From: Seison nebaliae
Lineage: Eukaryota
DNA: 64,000 nt
Direction: 5' to 3'
Assembly: GCA_023231475.1 (NCBI GenBank)
Contig: JALJEE010002620.1
Span: 1-64,000, forward strand
Both the position numbers and the translations under genes were made by a program. The notes beneath the pieces were generated by a model. It worked only from the letters and a program-made list of their open reading frames with translations, did no database searches and was not told the DNA's origin. Shown here piece by piece: positions 54,601 to 64,000 of this stretch (its first letter is position 1; each line of letters begins with the position of its first letter).

Positions 54601-56096
54601 GGTGTTTGTAGAATTGTCGATACAACTAATTTTGCATGTGAATGTGTCCACGGATTTAGTGGCGAACGTTGTGCAATTCCACCCAATTTATGTCGTTCTC
54701 ATATTTGTCAAAATAACGGCGAATGTCAAATGGTGAGTGCGGCGGATATCGTTTGTAAATGTCTACCACGATTCACCGGTAAATTTTGCGAAACGAGAGT
54801 GTCAATTTGTCAAACGATAATTTGTTTGAATGGAGGAACATGTGAAGAAATCTATAATGATGATTTTCATTGTTCTTGTCCATCAGGATTCTTCGGGAAA
54901 TTATGTGAACAACTTGATATTTGTTCTACAAATCCTTGTCAAAATAATGGAATATGTCAATTGACAAGTGAGAATAACGACCATTATTCATGTCGTTGTT
55001 TACCAGTTTATTATGGGAAGAATTGCGAAGAACGAATAAGTCCGTGTATGAAAGGTTTATGTAAGAATGGTGGAAGTTGTGTAATTGTGGCAGAAAGTAA
55101 ATTCAAATGTGAATGTCAATCAGATTTTGAAGGAACATTCTGTGAAGTAGTAATTGGTTGCCAAACAAATCCTTGTTTGAATAAAGGCAAATGTACGAAA
55201 CATTCTCATTTCGATTTATATAGATGTGAATGTCCGATAAACTTCCAGGGTAGAAGATGTGAACATCATCTCGATCATTGTTCATCAACTGTGTGCTTTA
55301 ACGGAGGACGTTGTGGTCAGTATTCGAGAAATGGACAGATAATTATTTATTGTGAATGTCTACCCAATTTCGGTGGGCAACATTGTGAAAGAGATGAGAG
55401 TTGTTTAGTAAATAATTGTGCGAATGGAGGAAGTTGTGTTGAAACACCGACATCTTTCGGCTTTATTTGTTTATGTCCATTGGAATTCTTTGGAAAAGCT
55501 TGTCAATATAAACGAGATCAATGTCCAAATAATCCTTGTAAAAATAATGCACATTGCTACTTTACTAACGGAAGAATTCACTGCAAATGCTCCAACGGAT
55601 ATTATGGATTATATTGTCAACATTTTAAAAAGGTATGTGATATTAAGGAAGAACAAACATTCGTTATCGCTTCAGTAAATCTCAATTATTACAAACATAC
55701 ATCTTCCAAATTCGTAAGTTTCTTTGTTCATGATGAGAATCCATTTAATCGGCGCAACTGTCAATTTAATTACACTCCTCAAAGGTTCATTTAGATATTA
55801 ACACTTGAAAACTCTTTAATAATCTTAACAAATATTATTCTAGTTGTGATGACCGATTTTGTAGCATGAACGGGAAATGTTATTTATGTGCAAATGGAAA
55901 TTATCGTTGTGATTGTAATAAATTCTTCGAGGGTAAAACATGCAATGTACGTCGGAAACATTCAATCGGGAAATTTGTAACTAAAATCGAAACCGACTCA
56001 TTGACTTTATTAAGTACAACTGGCACTCGGAGAGATTTCTTCATCTATGAAACCGATTATATAATAACATCGAAAGATAATCTGTGTTATGTTTAA
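30688..56096 (+). CDS. Giant secreted multi-EGF protein, ~8,398 aa, about 200 tandem EGF-like domains, 5 exons
   Basis: Exons 30688-30781 (signal peptide MKEILILLWILPILFIDLISS), 30834-30890, 30942-31017, 31068-55784 and 55844-56096 total 25,197 nt in one frame. Continuous C-x2-(N/K)PC-x-NxGxC..CxCxxxF/YxGxxCE modules. No transmembrane segment seen; AATAAA at 56097. EGF count is estimated from length, not counted. Confidence 0.9.
51547..55026 (+). repeat. Five diverged tandem six-EGF super-repeats (~696 bp) within the giant gene
   Basis: Equivalent C(K/H)PNPC modules start at 51547, 52246, 52942, 53638 and 54334 (spacing 699, 696, 696, 696 nt), with the same order of module types in each unit. 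Confidence 0.85.
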
Positions 56097-56692
56097 AATA
56101 AATTATGCGATTAAAATTCTATATTCACTTCTATAAAACTTTGAATGAAATTTTGCTTGGCGACTAAAAAATTGAAAATATTTGTCTTATAGTTTTTATT
56201 ATTTGTATAATTTATGTTTGTGTAACTCTGTATATGACCGTAAAACAAGAATAATTACAACTTTAACAGTCCATATTAATCATGTACTAATTCTCTGTTT
56301 TCCCATTCACATATCTATTATTTGTTCTGGTCATGTTTTTTTAATGTGAAATTATTGCTGTATCTATTAACCCAAAAATCCTTTATTTTAAATGTTCTCA
56401 AAGGAACCAGATGATTTAATTATGTTTAATAATTCTTCTCATCGTTCATATCTACCGATAGATCGCACCTACACATTCTATGACAATTGTTCATCTTTTT
56501 TTCAACCACTTGTTAGTTTTTTACATTTTTCACTAATTACGCTAACAATCATAACATTGTAAGAGTAATATCATAAAAAGCATATATTCTTGGAGTATTT
56601 TTTCTCCTTTATCCAATGATGTCCATTACGCTATGTGTGATGAAATATAATAAAACTGGGATCAGTAATATAACATGTGAGGTATAGCTATA

Positions 56693-56900
56693 CAGTATGT
56701 TCGATTGATTCTCGGACATCGGCATTTAGATCTTATTATACATTACTAATTTTTGATTTTTATGCAACTTGATTGATAATTATTCATTGTGTGGATTATT
56801 CATCACATAATAGATGAACTAAAAAATTCACAAAATAACTTTTCTCAACGATGAATTTTACCCAAAATTCTCCAAAATTCCAAATCAATCGAACATACTG
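56693..56900. mobile_element. 208-bp non-autonomous MITE, Tc1/mariner-type
   Basis: Perfect 18-bp terminal inverted repeats cagtatgttcgattgatt (56693-56710) and aatcaatcgaacatactg (56883-56900). They start CAGT and are flanked by TA on both sides (56691-92, 56901-02). No internal ORF. Confidence 0.75.
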
Positions 56901-57400
56901 TATGTGTACATATTAGCTACATGACCGACATTTTATATTCACTGTCATCGTCAGATATTATGATCTATCAAGTAATATTTGTGTTCATAATTCTTAAGAT
57001 TTCATATTCTCCTTCGATCCTTCATCTACAATACTGATTATCCGAGAGTTCTTCGATTGACTATATTTGTCATTGACAACGAACACGACCGCAATTTTGT
57101 CTAACTCATTTTAAAACACTCCGAGAGAAATTTTAATAACTAATAATAATAAAATTCACAATTTAAAACATTGAAATTATTTTCCTGACTTTCATCGATT
57201 TTTGATAAATTTTAAGGAAAAAATATTATTAATTTTCCTTTTTTCTATAGGAAACCGATTAATTAACATAAAAGTTTAGTTTAAATGAAAATGAGAAAAA
57301 TAAATAATAGGAAGAATAATAAACTTTTAATATTTTCCACAAATCTTATTCTGTGAATGAGGAAGAAATGGAATCGATGAATCAAATCATTTAATTGGAA

Positions 57401-60400
57401 ATGAAGAAAATAAAATACAAGAAATGTTTGAAAGTTGAGAAGGAGAATGGGAATACTTTAAATTTGTCGAATGTGATCGGATGTTCCATCACTTATCTTC
57501 ATGGAAGTAACAACCATTACGCTTATATTGCTGGTGCGACAGTTGTGGTGTACGATTTGAAGAGGAATCGGAATCGATATTTTATTTCGAAACTCTCCAA
57601 AGCAATATGCTGTACTGCTATCTCTCCAAACGAGAAATTGTTAGCAGCTTCTCATAGTGGTCGTCCATCACATATCATTGTCTGGTCAATGAATGATCAA
57701 AAGATAACGAGTGAAATGTTTAACGAGAATATATTCGGAATTAATCGTTTAATATTTGATAGTTCATCAAAATATCTAATTAGTTTGAGTAATGTAAATA
57801 ATCGATCCGTTCGACTTTGGGATATTAAGAGAAGAGAAATTTTATCGTCTTGTAATATTTTATGGAATGTAAATGATATTGATATTAATTCAAATAATCA
57901 ATATTTTATCGCTGTCGGTATTGGACAGGTGAGATATTGGAAATTGAATTTTAATAATAAAAATTTGATATGTTCAGGATCGTCGATAAATATGCATCAT
58001 TATCGAATGAAGAATTTCATTGGAATCGCTTGTGGGAAAGGATTACAAAATGAAAATAGTTATGTGATTAGTAGTTGTGGGAAAGTATTCAAAATTGACA
58101 AGACATTTCAATTGGCTTGTGTCATTCAATTGCGCAGTAAACATGCATTCTCTATTCAAACGAATGACGATTATGTTGTTGTTGGTGGAGATGAAGGAGA
58201 AATTTATTTATTAAACATTATCGATTTGGATTATATTCGATCCATTTTCAAACCATCAACAATGACGTTACCTGTACATATGGATTCGATGAGTGGGGGA
58301 AATAGTTTGTCGAAAATATTCTCCTCAAATCAATCGATGATGTTCGATGGGAGAATGAATGAATCGATTTTGAGAATGAAAATCAATTCGCAAATGATGA
58401 CGCTCAATAAATTAATTAATAAAGATCGGAAACGATCGATGTTTACGGTGAAAGCGTCCGTCGTCGGTCTAGTCATTCATGAGGAGATGTCAACATTAAC
58501 ATGTATTTATAACGATAATTCGATATATTCATGGAATATTTCTTCACAAACTCCGTTTTGTGTTGGAGAACGTTTGTTCCATTCGAACGGTATTTGGGGA
58601 ATGGAATCGATTGATAATAATAATCGATCATTAATCGTTGAATGTCTCAATGATCAATGTCAACATTTAATTAGTTGTTCTGATGATTTAACAATTCGAT
58701 TATGGCATCAAGATGGAATAAATCATAAAATGAATAATTTCAAAGAGAATAATTACAATCATTTATCACCATATACCCAAACAACAACAACAACAACAAC
58801 AAATAATTCGATTATGTCATTATCATTAGATTCATATCAATCCAATAGATTGATAATAAATCCACCATCAGAACCATCAGAAAATCATCATCATCAAAAA
58901 CAACAACAACAATCAAATCGAGATAGTCCAATAAAATTATTGACGTCCATTTGTATCGATACCACACAATTGATGACACAACAAATATCATCGTCACAAC
59001 AAATTAATGGAATTCGATGTTTGAAATTCTCTTCACGTCTTCGACATTTAGCCGTTGGATATTTGAATGGAATGATCGGAATTTTTTGTATCGATACATT
59101 CGAACAGAAATTCTTATTAGAAGACGTTCATGAACAAGAAGTGCTCTCTATTGATTATAGTGACGTAATTCATCAGAATACACTTTTATTCGTCTCATCA
59201 TCACGAGATCGTCAAATTCATATATCGAATGCGATGAAACAATATCAATTAATTCAATCCATCACTGATTATTCTTCACCGACCAACATCCTCCAATTCT
59301 TCTCGTTAAATCAATTAATTGATATCTCTCTATTGAGCAACAACAACAACAACAATAACAACAACAACGTTAATAATATTGAAAATTTATTTCGTAATCG
59401 AACCAGATCATCAAGTCGTGAGATGTCCACGAAAATTTTATCAACAACAGAATCATCATCATCGATACCAAAATCATGTAATAATTTTGTACATCAATCC
59501 AATTTTCTAATTTGTTGCGGTTGGGGTAAATCGTTAAATATCCGTCAAATGAAAATTGATGAAAATGAAAATATCAGTTTTGAAGTTTATCGAAATATTA
59601 TCGAGAAATATTCCATGAACACTTTCTGCACCGACCAAATAACGAACCATATCTATATCGGAAGTCAAGACGGTTTCCTTCGAATTTACGATATCGTTTC
59701 AGGTCGACAAATTAAAAGTTTTCGTATAACATCAACCGATGGCGATGTAATGCAACGAATCGTCGTCAATCATATGGCGACAATAATTGCTGTAGCAACA
59801 TCGAATAAAATTATAAAACTTTTCGATTTGAATTCTTCAAAATTCATTTCACAAATTCACGGACATTCCCAACGAATCACATCTCTCAAATTTGTCCATG
59901 AAAGAAATAAATTAATTTCATCTTCTTTAGATGGAACTATTTTCTGTTGGAATCTTCCAACAAATTTTCAAAATAATTCGAAAAATTTTTCCACAAATTC
60001 TCTCGCCAAATCTATCAGTATCAGTAACGGTCTTTCAAATAAATCACTCACCGATTCCATTTATGAATCGATGTCGGAAATTAATGAAACAATCGTTGGA
60101 GGAGAAAATATTCCTGATATTATTACGACAACTAATCTCCATCAAAATCAGATCGAACGCCAAAAAAAACCATTATTTACATCAACCAAAAAATCATTTA
60201 ATCAAACTTCTTCTTTGCTACCAATGAAATCATCAACTTTATCTGACAATGAAACACATCGTCAGAAAGGTAGTCGCGAATGGGCAATTAGTCCCAAACA
60301 TAACTATTGGAATGAATTACATTCACCTTCTAAAAAACAAGATGTCGATGTCATCCAATTAGCTACACAATTACGAGATCATCTATCGGTAAAGAAAATT

Positions 60401-60469
60401 GATGACAAAGAAATTAAATATCATCTAAATATCATTTTACAAGAAATCAAGACTCAACTCAATATTTAA
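57401..60469 (+). CDS. WD40-repeat protein, WDR62/MAPKBP1 family, single exon
   Basis: Family-typical blocks L.NVIG, AYIAGATVVVYD, AISPNEKLLA..HSG..SHIIVW, LFHSNGIW, SCSDDLTIRLW, HEQEVLSIDYS, SSSRDRQIHI and GHSQRITSLKF..LISSSLDGTIFCW, with poly-N/T/Q insertions. The start codon is uncertain. Confidence 0.85.
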   Translation: MKKIKYKKCLKVEKENGNTLNLSNVIGCSITYLHGSNNHYAYIAGATVVVYDLKRNRNRYFISKLSKAICCTAISPNEKLLAASHSGRPSHIIVWSMNDQKITSEMFNENIFGINRLIFDSSSKYLISLSNVNNRSVRLWDIKRREILSSCNILWNVNDIDINSNNQYFIAVGIGQVRYWKLNFNNKNLICSGSSINMHHYRMKNFIGIACGKGLQNENSYVISSCGKVFKIDKTFQLACVIQLRSKHAFSIQTNDDYVVVGGDEGEIYLLNIIDLDYIRSIFKPSTMTLPVHMDSMSGGNSLSKIFSSNQSMMFDGRMNESILRMKINSQMMTLNKLINKDRKRSMFTVKASVVGLVIHEEMSTLTCIYNDNSIYSWNISSQTPFCVGERLFHSNGIWGMESIDNNNRSLIVECLNDQCQHLISCSDDLTIRLWHQDGINHKMNNFKENNYNHLSPYTQTTTTTTTNNSIMSLSLDSYQSNRLIINPPSEPSENHHHQKQQQQSNRDSPIKLLTSICIDTTQLMTQQISSSQQINGIRCLKFSSRLRHLAVGYLNGMIGIFCIDTFEQKFLLEDVHEQEVLSIDYSDVIHQNTLLFVSSSRDRQIHISNAMKQYQLIQSITDYSSPTNILQFFSLNQLIDISLLSNNNNNNNNNNVNNIENLFRNRTRSSSREMSTKILSTTESSSSIPKSCNNFVHQSNFLICCGWGKSLNIRQMKIDENENISFEVYRNIIEKYSMNTFCTDQITNHIYIGSQDGFLRIYDIVSGRQIKSFRITSTDGDVMQRIVVNHMATIIAVATSNKIIKLFDLNSSKFISQIHGHSQRITSLKFVHERNKLISSSLDGTIFCWNLPTNFQNNSKNFSTNSLAKSISISNGLSNKSLTDSIYESMSEINETIVGGENIPDIITTTNLHQNQIERQKKPLFTSTKKSFNQTSSLLPMKSSTLSDNETHRQKGSREWAISPKHNYWNELHSPSKKQDVDVIQLATQLRDHLSVKKIDDKEIKYHLNIILQEIKTQLNI
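59339..59368 (+). repeat. Coding (AAC/AAT)10 repeat encoding poly-Asn
   Basis: aacaacaacaacaacaataacaacaacaac in the WD40 gene. Similar poly-Asn tracts occur in the myosin tail (~16147-16173 and ~18277-18297). Confidence 0.8.
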
Positions 60470-62988
60470 TTTTCGTTCTCTTCTAATTTATTTCTGTACT
60501 TGTATATTTTCCTTTTGTCGCTTCATATTATTTTCCTTGCAAATTATCTCATATTTAAGAATTTTTGAAATTCTTTAAGAAATTTAGAATTCTCAACTTT
60601 AAATGTTGTATTTCCAATCCCAATAAACAGTGAAAAAAGAACCGCAAAAATATTCATGTTTTATATCAAATATTTAGTACATAAAAAAAAGAATGAAAAC
60701 ATCGGAATTAGTTGGTGATTCTAACATTGTAATGTCGATGTTCAGATGGTAAATCATAAGAACTTATGAAATTAAAATTTTGTCAAAAATTTCTCTACCA
60801 GAAAAACCACGAAAAAGTGAAACTTATTTATTTAAACTAATCAACACTAACATAACAAAACATATTGTAAAAGAAGTTGGATAAAAATAATTGGTTCATG
60901 TAGTAGTAAAAAATTGTAAGTGAAAATAATTTTCAAATTTTTATTACAGTATCTTTGAGATACGAAATAGAGTAGAAGATACTCTAAAAATATGACGTCA
61001 AGCACGGCAATAAAGACACATTGAAAATAAAACACGATTGTACGACATGTGGCAGTTGATCCACGCGGCAGTCGAAATTTTTCAACTTTTTTTTTAAACC
61101 TCATTTTCTATCAGAAATATTTAACTTACCATTTTAAATTTAATATATTTAGAAAGAGCTCGAAATGCTCTACAACACAGTTATTTCTACTTTTCATTTT
61201 ATTCTAAAAATCTAATCATAATTAAGAGTTTTTTAGTTAAACATATTTTAAAAAATCAATTTTTCATAAGACTTTAAGTTTGAAGTTCAAACTTGGTCTT
61301 ATGGGTCTTATGTGGTTCTTATATTGGTTCGATTTTCTTGACATTTTTGTTATAACTTTAGACCATCCTTCTGATGTATTTTTAAAAACAAAATGAAGTA
61401 AATCCGTTCATTTTGAAAATATGGACGAAATCCCCACCAGACATTTTCCTTATTTTTTGTGAAAACGGACAAACAGGATAAAGAGAAAAACGATCATGGA
61501 CATGTACATTTTTTCATTCTATAATTCCGTTGGTGTAATAGGACTTTGTAGTACTCTTATTCGAATTGTTTTTGTGGTTAGGCAAAATTCCCAAAATTAC
61601 AAAGAATTCCTACTAAATTTACAGAAATAACTGATAATTTAGGTCATTCCATGATATTTTCTGATGATAGTGGAAAATTCTGTTCATTCTAATATCTTGT
61701 TTATATATTTATTATGTCTGATTGTTACAATTTTAATGATGTTATTGATTATATTAATGACATTATGCAATCTTATGTACAGTATCCATTATAGTTGTAT
61801 GAACATTTTTTGTATAATTCCAGTCTAAAAAAGTCAACGGGAAAATCTCTCTTTTATATCTTGCTATTGTTCCAAATGACTAATTGATTAAAATTATTGA
61901 AACAACTTCTGAAAAATCGATATGCAGTTCAACATTTTCGATGTAAATATTTTTCAATTATAATTTACTTATCATGTATTATTACCATGATTTCCTTGTC
62001 ATATATACAGAAATCATCATTACTAACCATTCCCTGGTAAGTTTCCATTCTGTTTGGCTGGTATTTATGTTGGCATTTATGTTCTCTCTGAGCAAACAAG
62101 CACTTAACCTTCACATCTTCTTCTCTTTAAACGGCATTTAAATATTATCAGTTCGATCTCAGACTCTGACATATTTCCTCCACCATATTCTTAATAGGAA
62201 AGATTAGCGTCAATGAATTTGTTTCAGTTCTTATTGAGTAACATAAGAGAATATATTTCAAATTTATATATCTCGGTTTATCCTAATGATTCTGTTCTAA
62301 TTAGCGATCAATTACTCTTGCCGGAATTTTTCTCAAACTATTCTTAATTCAGAAATTGAACATACTAATTGACAAGAATGACAGTTGTTCAATTTCATAT
62401 TATTGCTCTGAGCAATAATTACCATTGTTTACTACTGTAATATGAACAATTTGTTCATATATGTTTGCTGATTAATTTTTTGCACAATTTCGATATATTT
62501 CAGAAAGTAGAAACAGAAAAAGAAGAATAAGGATATTAATCCTTTCTCATAAGATAATTAAATCCTGTGTCAATGTTTTTTCTTTTCGAATATGAAACAT
62601 AAATTTAATTTTGTAACTTAACAGATGAAAATGATTAGAAGTTTCATTACAAAATTTATGGTCGACATAATATTGTGTGTATTGAATGCAAACATAGGTT
62701 ATGGGAACCTAAACTTCAGGCACCATATTATTTCTAAGACTGTGAATGCATTAAAGTTGAAAAACTGCTTGGAAAAACTTCTTTAATACCACTTAAAATA
62801 TCAGTAGAATCATCATAAACAGCTAGCTAATTGTTGAGTTGGACATTTTTTTTTATTTCTTTCGTTCTGTATAAACTTACACATTATTATACATTAAATC
62901 ATACTACATTGTTATACAGTTAGATGGTAAGATTAGTCTTAAAGAGAGAATAGAATGAAGTACAGGGTGTTTGCGATGTTCACTTTGG

Positions 62989-62998
62989 ATGACGTCAT
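62989..62998. promoter_or_regulatory. Full CRE palindrome just upstream of the GalNAc-transferase
   Basis: atgacgtcat, a 10-bp palindrome containing TGACGTCA. A second TGACGTCA is at 60993-61000. Confidence 0.4.
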
Positions 62999-63009
62999 AT
63001 TGAGTATGA

Positions 63010-64000
63010 ATGATGTTGAAGAAAAATAATAACTATCAATTGAACGAATTAGAAATAATGATACGTCGTAAACTTTCATCACTAGAATTCTATATTCTTC
63101 TGATTATTTTCTTCTATTTCATATTACTCCATTATAAATACCTCAACAAATTGGAACGGTCTGATGAACCAAAAAATAAAAAAATATTTGCGTTACGTAC
63201 CACATCACGGGATCAACCATTCTTTCACAAAGAACATGAATTTCAAAAAAAAGAAATTGATTTAGCAACCAAATTTAAAGGAGAACAATTGAAGTTCCAA
63301 TTTAATCAACAGGATGACCCCAAATCATTAGTCGAATATGATCGATCGATGTTGGGGAATTATGAGTCGGAATTATTCAAAACAGATTCTTCCGTTTTAG
63401 GTTTCCTTCATTATCCAAGAGAAGAAATATAATATAGCATTTAATAGGCCAAAATGGAGTTGCTGTTGATGATCGACTAGTGGTTGATCAGAATGAAAAA
63501 GGAACATTACAAAGGAAATATGGTTTTAATATTGCACTCTCAAATAAAATACCATTAAATCGGTCCATTATCGATAATCGACATTATACGTTTACATTAT
63601 TTTTTTGAATTAATTTTACAAATGATCATTTAATTTTAGATGTAAATATTGGCATTATCCACCCGTCGAACAATTACCAACCGCTTCAATTATCATCGTA
63701 TTTTATAATGAAGGATTATCTGTCGTCCTGAGAACGATTCATTCAGCTTTACAAACATCTCCTCCAGCACTCATCAAAGATGTAGTGTTATTTGATGATC
63801 ATAGTGACGAAGGTTAATTTAAAATTATATTTCATTTTACATTATTTATATTTAGAATATATTACGAATGGAGACTTACAAAAATATTTGAATACTCATT
63901 TCGACAACAAAGTCATATTTCATCGAAATCATGAACGTCTCGGATTAATAAAAGTTTCATTTTTTGAATATAATTTAAAAGTTCTTTCTATTATTCTCAT
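63010..64000 (+). CDS. Polypeptide N-acetylgalactosaminyltransferase (GT27, GALNT7/pgant7-like), 5' part; runs off the window
   Basis: Type II anchor (FYILLIIFFYFILLHY). Introns 63401-63447, 63590-63639, 63813-63855 and one starting at 63954 give YGFNIALSNKIPLNRSIIDNR, CKYWHYP..LPTASIIIVFYNEG..VVLRTIHS, VVLFDDHSD and RNHERLGLI. The start may be 63010 or 63058. Confidence 0.9.

Noticed and set aside
31111..55678. The many short alternative-frame and antisense ORFs inside the EGF exon
   Set aside because: They are by-products of the repetitive Cys/Asn/Gly codon pattern and show no independent coding features.
31036..55794. Calling the giant ORF Notch, Crumbs, fibrillin or Dumpy
   Set aside because: No LNR/ankyrin, LamG, TB, DPY or ZP domains, no TM segment, and no calcium-binding EGF consensus.
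61380..62620. Coding-looking minus-strand fragments in the long spacer before GALNT
   Set aside because: All frames I read are broken by stops and I found no recognisable motif or consistent GTT..AG model. It may be a decayed element, but I cannot support that.
62961..62970. TACAGGGTGT, resembling a mariner TIR start
   Set aside because: I found no matching inverted copy in the window.

Overview
AT-rich, gene-dense eukaryotic (animal) DNA with very short introns (about 37-71 nt, one tentative longer one). Read by hand, it contains 12 protein-coding loci plus two mobile-element relics: a decayed retrotransposon-type aspartic protease, a type II membrane trypsin-like protease (-), an orphan 609-aa ORF (-), MRPL44, a xylosyltransferase (-), an orphan 158-aa ORF, a class XV-like myosin, TMEM70, a mixed-lineage kinase, a tandem double-GH18 chitinase with chitin-binding domains, actin, a ~8,400-aa secreted protein made almost entirely of ~200 tandem EGF-like domains (one exon is 24.7 kb), a 208-bp Tc1/mariner-type MITE, WDR62/MAPKBP1 and the 5' part of a polypeptide GalNAc-transferase. 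The strongest signal is in the splicing. All 50 introns I reconstructed in 8 genes, on both strands, begin GTT, none needs GTA or GTG, +4 to +6 show no consensus, and AAG acceptors are common. This points to a rewired 5' splice-site recognition system. The second highlight is the giant EGF-only protein, which has a higher-order six-EGF repeat and resembles the EGF arrays of adhesive proteins. All gene models are manual and have no transcript support. The species cannot be determined from this window.
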